From Elusimicrobiota bacterium (lineage in GTDB: Bacteria > Elusimicrobiota > Elusimicrobia > UBA1565 > UBA9628), in the NCBI GenBank assembly GCA_027371715.1, contig DAHXMM010000028.1, positions 1,253 through 65,252 on the forward strand: a stretch of 64,000 bases of DNA. Reading direction: 5' to 3'. The notes under the pieces were generated by a model. It worked only from the letters and a program-made list of their open reading frames with translations, was not told the origin of the DNA and did not search any database. Positions 54,277 through 62,308 of the stretch are shown here, one piece after another. Position 1 is the first letter of the stretch. Each line of letters opens with the position of its first letter. Made by a program: the position numbers and the translations under genes.

Positions 54277-56445
54277 TTAGTGACGGAAATGCCGAATTCC
54301 GGTCAAAATCATCGCGAGATGATGCTGGTCCGCCGCAGAAATGACTTCTGAATCGCGGACGGAACCTCCGGGATGAATAATCGCAGAAATACCCAAGGAT
54401 GCGGCGGCTTCAATCCCGTCGGCAAATGGGAAAAAAGCATCCGAGGCTAAAACCAAGGGACTTGGTTCGGGATGATTTTTAAGCCACATTTTATATTTCA
54501 CTCCCGCCAGATGAACCGAATCAACCCTAGACATTTGTCCGGCCCCAAGCCCTACGGTGAAACCCGGGCCGGCAAGCGCGATCGCGTTTGACCTTACGTG
54601 CTTTGAAACCACCCAGGCAAAACGCAAAGCCATTTCCTCTTGAGCGTTCGGTTTGCGTTTGGAAACAATTTTCCAATCTTTTCCCAGAACTACCGCATCT
54701 GGTTCTCCAGCCAATATCTCAGTTCCTAAAGATCGCCATTGAATTTTTAAATCCCGTTTGAGCTTTCGGCGAAGGATTCTGAGATTTGGTTTTTTCATGA
54801 GAAGGGTCAAAGCCCCTGAATCAAAATCAACAGCCTCGATGACTTCCACAAAACGGTTCGCTAATTTTTCCGCGATCTCAACTCCTACGATTTGATTAAA
54901 GGCCAGAATCGATCCAAAAGCGGAGATCGGATCAGCCTCCCAAGCGCGATCGAAAGACTCAAGCAAGGTCTTTTGCGCGGCTACGCCGCTGGGGGTGGCG
55001 TGTTTAAAAATCGCGCAGGCGGGACCGTCAAAATCTGACACACAATCCCAGGCGCAATAAGCGTCTAAAAGATTGTTGTAGGAAAGTTCCTTCCCTGAGA
55101 GTTGTTCAAAACTGGGCTCATCGCCCAGTCTCCGGTAAAGAGCCGCCTTTTGATGCGGGTTCTCTCCATAGCGAAGTCCTTGAACTTTAGAAAGCCTCAA
55201 ATTCAAAACTTGTGGAAACTCTTCTTTCTCTATTTGGAAAAACTCCGCGATTGACGCATCATAAGAAGCGGTATGTTCAAAAGCTTGCTGGGACAAGGCC
55301 TGGCGCCGAGACAAGCTTAATCTTCCCTCCCCCATTTCTAGCTCCTTAAGAATTTCCGGGTAATCCTTGGGAGAAACGACCGTCGAAATGGAGTCAAAAT
55401 TTTTCGCGGCCGCGCGAATCAAGGCCGCTCCCCCAATATCAATCTGCTCGACAACCTCCGGCTCAAAAGCCGAGACCGCTTTTTGGGCGGCGTCCGAAAA
55501 CGGATAGAGATTTACGCAAACTAAATCAAAAGGCGCAATGGAGAGTTTTTTCGCTTCGGCGGCGTCTTCCTGATTTTTGCGCCGCATCAAGATTCCGCCG
55601 AAAATCAACGGATGAAGAGTTTTCACTCGACCGGAAAAAACCTCCGGAAACCCCGTCACTTCCTCGACTGTCGTAACGGGAATTCCATTATTTTTAAGAA
55701 CCTCGGCCGTTCCGGAAGAAGAAACAATCTCAAAACCTAGACCGACCAGTCCCTTGGCAAAGGCGACAATGCCTCTTTTATCCGAAACCGAGATTAGAGC
55801 GCGTTTTTTAAGGCCTGAGTCTTTCGATGGTTTTATCCGCACGCCTGTTTTAAGCAATTCGACTTTTCCTTCACAAAAAAGACGAACGGCCTTGGGATAA
55901 AGGCGATGCTCGGCCTCCAAGACTCTCTCTGAAAGGCTTTTCGCGTCATCCGAATCAAAAACCGAAACCGCCTCCTGAAGAATGATTTTTCCGCGATCAT
56001 ATTCCTCGTCAATTAAGTGAACCGTGCAACCGGAAACGCGCACGCCGGATTTAACGACCTCTTCATGAACTAGAATTCCATAAAAACCTTTTCCCCCAAA
56101 AGCCGGCAAAAGAGACGGATGGATGTTTAGAATTTTCCAAGGGAAAGCCTTGATCATTTTTGGCCCGATTTGAGTCATAAACCCCGCCAGACAAATTAAA
56201 TCAATCTCCCGTTTTTGACACTCATCAACCAGTCTTTGATCGTAATCCTCTGAATTTTTAAAATCCGCAGGTTTTAAGATCAAGGATTCAATTCCCAACA
56301 AAGCGGCCCGCTTAAGAACCCCGGCTTTTTCTAAACTAGAAACAAGAAAAATGATTTCACCGCCCAAAAGCCCCGCCTTCGCCGCATCTGCCAAGGCCTG
56401 AAAATTGCTCCCGTCTCCAGAGGCAAAAACAGCGATTTTTTTCAT
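54277..56445 (-). CDS. purH: Fused GAR transformylase (PurN) and AICAR transformylase/IMP cyclohydrolase (PurH)
   Basis: Residues 1 to about 205 are PurN-like: IAVFASGDGSNFQAL, NIHPSLLPAFGG, HLIDEEYDRGKII. The remaining 515 aa or so are PurH-like: KRALISVSDKRGIVAFAKGL, GRVKTLHP, and the AICARFT region ending ...GGSVRDSEVISAADQHHLAMILTGIRHFRH. One uninterrupted 722-aa ORF. Confidence 0.85.
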   Translation of the reverse strand: MKKIAVFASGDGSNFQALADAAKAGLLGGEIIFLVSSLEKAGVLKRAALLGIESLILKPADFKNSEDYDQRLVDECQKREIDLICLAGFMTQIGPKMIKAFPWKILNIHPSLLPAFGGKGFYGILVHEEVVKSGVRVSGCTVHLIDEEYDRGKIILQEAVSVFDSDDAKSLSERVLEAEHRLYPKAVRLFCEGKVELLKTGVRIKPSKDSGLKKRALISVSDKRGIVAFAKGLVGLGFEIVSSSGTAEVLKNNGIPVTTVEEVTGFPEVFSGRVKTLHPLIFGGILMRRKNQEDAAEAKKLSIAPFDLVCVNLYPFSDAAQKAVSAFEPEVVEQIDIGGAALIRAAAKNFDSISTVVSPKDYPEILKELEMGEGRLSLSRRQALSQQAFEHTASYDASIAEFFQIEKEEFPQVLNLRLSKVQGLRYGENPHQKAALYRRLGDEPSFEQLSGKELSYNNLLDAYCAWDCVSDFDGPACAIFKHATPSGVAAQKTLLESFDRAWEADPISAFGSILAFNQIVGVEIAEKLANRFVEVIEAVDFDSGALTLLMKKPNLRILRRKLKRDLKIQWRSLGTEILAGEPDAVVLGKDWKIVSKRKPNAQEEMALRFAWVVSKHVRSNAIALAGPGFTVGLGAGQMSRVDSVHLAGVKYKMWLKNHPEPSPLVLASDAFFPFADGIEAAASLGISAIIHPGGSVRDSEVISAADQHHLAMILTGIRHFRH

Positions 56446-57422
56446 AGGACTTCAACTCCGGTTTTTCCAGGTCGAATTTCCCCGGCGACAAACGCCCCAG
56501 GAAAAGATTGAAGGGCGGCCGAAACCGCTTCGGGCCTTAAAACCACCGCCATCCCAATTCCCATATTAAAGGTTCTCCACATATCAGAGTCAGAAATTTT
56601 TCCGCGCTTTTGAATTTCATGAAAAATAGACGGAACGCTCCAAAGATTCCGGTTAAAAGAAGCTCGGCAATTTTTCGGCAGAATACGGGGCACGTTTTCA
56701 ATGAGACCCCCGCCGGTAATATGAGCCAAACCTAAAATCTCCTGCCGCTTCTGTTTAAGCGCCTTTTTGAGTTTCTCGATGTCGGAAACGGAAAGTTTTG
56801 TCGGAGTCAGGAGTGTTTGAGCAGAGGCATTGAAGAGAGAACCTGTGAAAATTTTTCTCACTAAAGAAAAGCCGTTAGAGTGAACGCCGGAGGAAGGAAG
56901 CGCCACGATCGCATCCCCCGGGCGAATATTTTTCCCATCAATCACTTTTTTTTTCTCCACAATCCCGACCGCAAAACCCGCGAGGTCATATTCTCCAGGC
57001 TGGTAAAACCCCGGCATTTCAGCGGTCTCCCCGCCTAGAAGCGCCATCTTCCCCTGTCGACAGCCTTCTATAATCCCGGACAAAACTCTTTTTGATTTTT
57101 GAAGTTCAAGCTTCCCCACTGCATAATAATCCAGAAAAAAAAGCGGTTTCGCCCCACAGGTAATGAGATCGTTAACGCACATGGCCACCAGATCGATTCC
57201 CACGGTTTCATGCCGGTTGATTTCAAAAGCGATTTTGAGCTTGGTTCCGACTCCATCGGTGGAAGCGACCAGTTGGCAGGGGCCTTCTCCGTTTAATTCT
57301 AAATCAAAAAGCCCGGCAAAGCCGCCGATAGCCGGCGCGCGTTTTTGAATGAAATCAACCAGGCGGTCGGCCTTATCCATATCGACTCCGGATTTTCTGT
57401 AACTCAGCGTTGACGGACTCAT
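56442..57422 (-). CDS. purM: Phosphoribosylformylglycinamidine cyclo-ligase (AIR synthetase)
   Basis: SYRKSGVDMDKA..., STDGVGTKLKIA, GIDLVAMCVNDL. ATG 57422 overlaps the pyrE stop (ATGA). Confidence 0.9.
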   Translation of the reverse strand: MSPSTLSYRKSGVDMDKADRLVDFIQKRAPAIGGFAGLFDLELNGEGPCQLVASTDGVGTKLKIAFEINRHETVGIDLVAMCVNDLITCGAKPLFFLDYYAVGKLELQKSKRVLSGIIEGCRQGKMALLGGETAEMPGFYQPGEYDLAGFAVGIVEKKKVIDGKNIRPGDAIVALPSSGVHSNGFSLVRKIFTGSLFNASAQTLLTPTKLSVSDIEKLKKALKQKRQEILGLAHITGGGLIENVPRILPKNCRASFNRNLWSVPSIFHEIQKRGKISDSDMWRTFNMGIGMAVVLRPEAVSAALQSFPGAFVAGEIRPGKTGVEVL

Positions 57423-57997
57423 TTGATCACACCGACCCGGCTGCCGGGTTTGACCGCCGGAGTTCCCTCGCGGCACAAGGGACAACCTTGGGGTTCAAAA
57501 GTCCGAATTTCCAATTTTAAAAGACTTTGAAGTGGAGAAGAAAGTTTGTGTTTTCCGGAACTGCGGTCGGCGATGGACAAAACCGACAAGGTCTCAACCC
57601 CCTGAGACTTAGCCATTTCAAGAACTTCCTGGGAAGAACCACCGGTGGTCACCACGTCCTCGACCACAACGCATTTTTCGCCCTGCGACAAGGAAAATCC
57701 GCGTCTTAAAACCATCCGGCCGTTTTCTCTTTCCGCAAAAAAGTGACGAACTCCCAAGGCTTTCGCGACTTCTTGCCCTATAACGATGCCCCCCATGGCC
57801 GGTGAAAGGACCAAATCCGGTTTTTGCTTAAGTTTCTCCGCCAAGGCCCGGCCTAATCTCTCCGCGACCACGGGATCTGCCAAAAGAAGAGCGCATTGAA
57901 GATATTCCGCGCTGTGAAGACCGGAAGACAAAAGAAAATGCCCCTTAAGCAAGGCTTTTCTCTCGATGAATAATTCCCTAACTTTTTCCTGGTTCAT
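57419..57997 (-). CDS. pyrE: Orotate phosphoribosyltransferase
   Basis: PRPP-binding loop CVVVEDVVTTGGS. Size and context fit PyrE. Confidence 0.9.
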   Translation of the reverse strand: MNQEKVRELFIERKALLKGHFLLSSGLHSAEYLQCALLLADPVVAERLGRALAEKLKQKPDLVLSPAMGGIVIGQEVAKALGVRHFFAERENGRMVLRRGFSLSQGEKCVVVEDVVTTGGSSQEVLEMAKSQGVETLSVLSIADRSSGKHKLSSPLQSLLKLEIRTFEPQGCPLCREGTPAVKPGSRVGVIK

Positions 57998-58035
57998 AAG
58001 AAATGAAATTTAAATTGCCCGGGCGCAAGAGATTA

Positions 58036-58722
58036 TCATTTGATGGATTTAACGGCATTCAAAATTTTCTCAGCCGCCGCCCTAGGGTCTTTCGCCTCGA
58101 TAATCGGACGACCGACCACGATAAAATCAATTCCCAAGGCCCCCGCCTCTTCCGGGGTCATGACTCGTTTTTGATCATGAATTTTTTCTCCCGCCGGGCG
58201 AATTCCCGGGGTGACGAATTTCGGGGAAAAATTTTTGAGAGTCCGGCGCAAAAATTCTACTTCGTGGCCGGAACAGACAATCGCATCCGCGCCGTTTTTA
58301 ACGCCCAGATGCGCCCAATTCTTGACTAACGAAGGAAGACTGGCGCGTTCATGAAAAATGCGCACATCTTCTTTTCTAAAGCTAGTGAGAACGGAAACCC
58401 CCCACAACTTGGGCCGGGGGCTAATCGCCGCCGCCGCGCGAATCATTTCCGGGCCGCCGGACAAGTGAACGGAAATAGATTCCACTCCTAACTTACCGGC
58501 TTCTTTGACCGCGCCTGCCACCGTTTGGGGAATATCCAGAAGCTTTAAATCTAAAAACACCTTTCCGTCGTAGTGATGGACCATCTCAACGGCTTTTTTC
58601 CCTTCGGAAATAAAAAGCTTAAGCCCGATTTTGTAAAAGTGAACAGTCCCTTTTAAGTTTTTGAGTAAGACTTCTTCTTTTTTAAGGTCTCCCACATCCA
58701 AAGCGACAATGAGCTCGGTCAT
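58036..58722 (-). CDS. pyrF: Orotidine 5'-phosphate decarboxylase
   Basis: Start at MTELIVALDV (ATG 58722). FLDLKLLDIPQTV and VHLSGG motifs. Confidence 0.9.
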   Translation of the reverse strand: MTELIVALDVGDLKKEEVLLKNLKGTVHFYKIGLKLFISEGKKAVEMVHHYDGKVFLDLKLLDIPQTVAGAVKEAGKLGVESISVHLSGGPEMIRAAAAISPRPKLWGVSVLTSFRKEDVRIFHERASLPSLVKNWAHLGVKNGADAIVCSGHEVEFLRRTLKNFSPKFVTPGIRPAGEKIHDQKRVMTPEEAGALGIDFIVVGRPIIEAKDPRAAAEKILNAVKSIK

Positions 58723-58883
58723 GGTTTCCTTTCGTACGGAATCTGGCCGTTCGCCAACAAATCTGGAAACGGCATTTTCTCGCCCATGCTCGGTCGGAGC
58801 CAACCATTTCTGACCGAATATAAATGAGGGAATGCCGCTTCCAAATTTCGTTTAAGAGAGCGGCCTTGCTTATGCTCGGTCAT
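58719..58883 (-). CDS. Candidate 54-aa small ORF coupled at both ends between pyrD and pyrF
   Basis: Hand translation: MTEHKQGRSLKRNLEAAFPHLYSVRNGWLRPSMGEKMPFPDLLANGQIPYERKP. Its ATG overlaps the pyrD TGA (ATGA) and its TGA overlaps the pyrF ATG (ATGA). Below the length cut-off of the ORF track. Confidence 0.3.
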   Translation of the reverse strand: MTEHKQGRSLKRNLEAAFPHLYSVRNGWLRPSMGEKMPFPDLLANGQIPYERKP

Positions 58884-59956
58884 GAGACTCCGGTTCCCAC
58901 CGCGGAAGAAAGATTTTCAAACCCGTTGGCTTTGAGCAATTCTTCAAGATCGCTTAATATCTCACGAACTACTCCCGGCCCACGGTAAACAAGCGCGGTA
59001 TAAATTTGAATCAAGCTCGCTCCGGCTCTAATTTTCTCAAAAGCGTCCGCGCCCGAGAAAACGCCGCCGACTCCGATAATGGGAAGATGTCCTTGGGTCA
59101 TTCTGTAGATTTTAGCGATTATTTGAGTCGAAATAAACCTGAGCGGCGCGCCGCTAAGCCCCCCAGACGTTTCTTGAACCTCCGGAGGAAGACCCGGTCT
59201 TTGAATTGTAGTGTTGGCGGCAATAATGCCGGAAGCTAATTTCAAAGCAATTTCACAAAGAGGTTCGAGACTTTTTTCTTCCAAATCCGGCGAAACTTTA
59301 ATTAAAATCGGTTTTTTGTTTTTATTTTCGGCTTGAAGCGAGATTAAGATTCTCTCAAGATGTCGCCTCTCCTGCAAATCACGCAACCCCGTCGTATTTG
59401 GAGAGCTGACGTTTACGGCAAAATAATCTCCGTAGGGCTCCAAAATTTTAAAAGTCTCCGCATAGAGAGACGGAGCCTCTTCCGGAAGGGTTCCGGCATT
59501 GATTCCCAAATTAATTCCGCGCGGAATAGACGGAGATTTGAGTTTAAGCAGTCTCGCGGCGACCTTTGTGGCTCCTTCGCCGTTAAAACCCATCCGATTG
59601 ATCAAAGCCTCAAATTCTGGAAGTCGAAAAAGACGAGGCTTGGGATTGCCTAATTGAGGTTTAAGGGTCACGGTTCCCGCCTCGACAAAGCCAAAACCCA
59701 AATGCGGCAAAAAATGGAGAAGACGCGCATTTTTGTCAAAACCGGCCGCTAAACCCAACGGATTCTCAAAATTCATTCCCAAGACATGGGAACCAAGAAT
59801 AGCAGATTTTGGTCTTCTCCAAAGGAAGGAAGCGGCGGAAGAGAAAAACGGGAGATGAGGCGCCCATTCCGCCGAAAAAGAAACCCAGTCATGCGCTGTT
59901 TCCGCGTCCAATTGAGAAAGCACGGGAAAAAAAAAGCGTTCGTAAAAGTTAGGCAT
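58880..59956 (-). CDS. pyrD: Dihydroorotate dehydrogenase (quinone-type, class 2)
   Basis: 358 aa with a class-2-like N-terminal extension. GLAAGFDKNA, GFVEAGTVT, IIGVGGV and GASLIQIYTALVYRGPG motifs. Confidence 0.85.
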   Translation of the reverse strand: MPNFYERFFFPVLSQLDAETAHDWVSFSAEWAPHLPFFSSAASFLWRRPKSAILGSHVLGMNFENPLGLAAGFDKNARLLHFLPHLGFGFVEAGTVTLKPQLGNPKPRLFRLPEFEALINRMGFNGEGATKVAARLLKLKSPSIPRGINLGINAGTLPEEAPSLYAETFKILEPYGDYFAVNVSSPNTTGLRDLQERRHLERILISLQAENKNKKPILIKVSPDLEEKSLEPLCEIALKLASGIIAANTTIQRPGLPPEVQETSGGLSGAPLRFISTQIIAKIYRMTQGHLPIIGVGGVFSGADAFEKIRAGASLIQIYTALVYRGPGVVREILSDLEELLKANGFENLSSAVGTGVS

Positions 59957-61247
59957 CGTTAAAGAGAATTTTTCCGCCTACGATGGTTGAGCGCACGCGA
60001 CCCTTAAGACGCATTCCCGTAAAAGGACAATTGGAACTTTTAGAAGCAAATGGAGGCTTAACCCTCCATTCCTGAAGGGGATGAACCAGCGTCACATCAG
60101 CATCCGATCCCGCCTTGAGGCTTCCTTTCTTACGCAAACCTAATACTTTAGCCGGAGCGCAACTCATGCGTTCAGCTAATTGTTTTGGAGTTAAAATTTT
60201 TCGGTGAACTAAATTGGTTAAAGCCAATCCCAAAGAAGTCTCAAGCCCAATCACGCCAAAGGGCGCCTGAAAAATCCCTTTAGCTTTTCTTGATTTTCGG
60301 TGTGGGGCATGATCAGTCGCAATGACGTCCAAGGTTCCATCTTGAAGCCCCTCCTGAACCGCCGCGACATCTTCTTTAGATCTAAGCGGAGGGTTCATCT
60401 TGAAATTAGGATCGCAATCAGGAATATCCATTTCAGAAAGCGAAAAATGGTGCGGAGAAGCTTCCGCCGTCACCCAAACGCCGCGCGCTTTCGCCTCTCG
60501 AATCATTTGAACGCTGGTTTTGGAACTGACATGCGCAATATGAACATGGGCTCCGGTTAATTCCGCCAATAATAAATCGCGAGAGACCACGACCGTCTCG
60601 GAAGCCGCAGGAGCTCCCACAATCTTTTTTCTTCGCGCGGCATCGCCTTCGTTAAGAGGACGACCTTGACTGAGAGATAAATCTTCACAATGCGAAATGA
60701 TAAAGGAACCCACCTCTCGCGACTTTTCCAAAGCCTTTCTCATCACGCCTGAATCCGTGACCGGACGGCCGTCATCGGTAAAGGCAAGCGCTCCACAATT
60801 ATTAAGCGCCTTAAAATCGCTCAAAACCCTTCCTTCTAATTTTTTCGTAATCGCGGCGGCAAAAAAAACATGAGGACCGTTCATCTTTTTTAATCTTTTT
60901 TGAAGCGGATGCAAAATTTTTGGGCTATCTATCGGAGGATGAGTATTGGGCATCGCCAGAACCGTCGTCACCCCTCCGAAAAGAGCGGCGCGCGATCCCG
61001 TTTCCAGAGTCTCATCTTCTTCGCCCCCTGGCTCCCGAAAATGAACGTGCATATCGATAAGGCCCGGGAAAACCCACAAGCCTTCGGCATTAAAAATTTC
61101 GACGTTGGGAACCCGGTTTGGAAACTGACCAAATCTAAGAATAGATTTAACCCGCCCATTTTCAATGAGGATATCCCTTTTTCCCTCTAAGTTCTGGGAT
61201 GGATCGATTAAATATCCGCCGGTCACGAGAAGACGTTTTAAGCTCAT
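59949..61247 (-). CDS. pyrC: Dihydroorotase
   Basis: GLIDMHVHFREPG metal-binding motif, ATDHAPH, 432 aa. Confidence 0.9.
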   Translation of the reverse strand: MSLKRLLVTGGYLIDPSQNLEGKRDILIENGRVKSILRFGQFPNRVPNVEIFNAEGLWVFPGLIDMHVHFREPGGEEDETLETGSRAALFGGVTTVLAMPNTHPPIDSPKILHPLQKRLKKMNGPHVFFAAAITKKLEGRVLSDFKALNNCGALAFTDDGRPVTDSGVMRKALEKSREVGSFIISHCEDLSLSQGRPLNEGDAARRKKIVGAPAASETVVVSRDLLLAELTGAHVHIAHVSSKTSVQMIREAKARGVWVTAEASPHHFSLSEMDIPDCDPNFKMNPPLRSKEDVAAVQEGLQDGTLDVIATDHAPHRKSRKAKGIFQAPFGVIGLETSLGLALTNLVHRKILTPKQLAERMSCAPAKVLGLRKKGSLKAGSDADVTLVHPLQEWRVKPPFASKSSNCPFTGMRLKGRVRSTIVGGKILFNDA

Positions 61248-61339
61248 GTTCTTGATTCAATCAATTGTTCAAGGCTCTCTTCAAGATGAAACCATCATGA
61301 TTTGAGAGAAGCGTCCTTTCTATATTAGAATTCTCCTAT

Positions 61340-62152
61340 ATGCGCGTTCCATTTGCTCTTCTCTGCGCTCTTTTAATTTGCGGCTTTCAAGGAGAAGCGC
61401 GCGCCTCCGACATGAAGGAGATGATGGGATATTTACTGGCTTCCTCTCTTCCCACGCAACCCCTGTCCTCGGGAGCCTTGGACGTTCAAGTCGCTCCGGG
61501 TTATGATGAGTATTCTCTCGCCAACAACTGCCTAGGCTGCGACGGCCAGACCAATTCGCAATGGACCATGAACGGGTTTGGCGCTTCCGCCTCCGCCGAT
61601 TATGCCCTCAGCGACCACTGGGGAGTGGGACTTCTCGGCGGATACGGACAACTTTCCGGAATTGATTTTAGCGGAAATAGCGCTAACGCAAATGGAACTA
61701 TCGCGAGCGCAGTCGTTATCTATGACCCTTTTTCAGGCGATAATTTTCGGATGCCCTTCATCGGAGGACTCGGATACCGCAACCTTATCGAAAATGACGC
61801 CGGAAATATGATTTACAATGCCCAAGGATTTTCTTACAGCGCGGGAATCGCGCCCCAGTTTAACACCGGCTTTCTCAGATGGACCCTTTTCGGATACATC
61901 GTCAGCGGAACGCCGAACGCCGAGACTCTTCAGGGATTATCCGGACTCAGCAGAAATTCCGCGGCCAATACCGCCGCCGGCGGAGGCATTACGGTCGCTT
62001 ATAGGCCCTTGAAATTTTTAAGCTTTACCTATATCCCCTCCTGGGCGACCGAAGTGGGAAGCGGCGAAAAAAATAATGTTTACGTTTTTAGCTTCTCGCA
62101 CCGGTTTTATCTTAAAAATAAGCCCGGTCAAAAAAAGAAATCCGCTGACTAG
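61340..62152 (+). CDS. Hypothetical outer-membrane beta-barrel protein
   Basis: Signal peptide MRVPFALLCALLICGFQGEARA, Gly/aromatic-rich strand pattern. A barrel-terminal-like ...FSFSHRF is followed by a 14-aa basic tail. The stop TAG lies in the CTAG flanking the MITE. Confidence 0.55.
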   Translation: MRVPFALLCALLICGFQGEARASDMKEMMGYLLASSLPTQPLSSGALDVQVAPGYDEYSLANNCLGCDGQTNSQWTMNGFGASASADYALSDHWGVGLLGGYGQLSGIDFSGNSANANGTIASAVVIYDPFSGDNFRMPFIGGLGYRNLIENDAGNMIYNAQGFSYSAGIAPQFNTGFLRWTLFGYIVSGTPNAETLQGLSGLSRNSAANTAAGGGITVAYRPLKFLSFTYIPSWATEVGSGEKNNVYVFSFSHRFYLKNKPGQKKKSAD

Positions 62153-62308
62153 TGTTGTGTCCCGAAAATAACTGGACAATGGAAGGCCGATATTTGAGGG
62201 CAGTTCGAGGTGTGACGAGGGCGCAGGCCGAGGCCTGTAACCGAGGAACAACAAAGAAATGCCCCAAAGATGGGCCTTCCATTGTCCAGTTATTTTCGGG
62301 ACACAACA
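62153..62308. mobile_element. 156-bp MITE with perfect 36-bp terminal inverted repeats, flanked by CTAG
   Basis: Left arm tgttgtgtcccgaaaataactggacaatggaaggcc (62153-62188) is the exact reverse complement of 62273-62308. The 84-bp core has no ORF. CTAG lies on both sides (62149-62152 and 62309-62312). Partial copies at 16969-16996 and 21721-21735. Confidence 0.8.
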
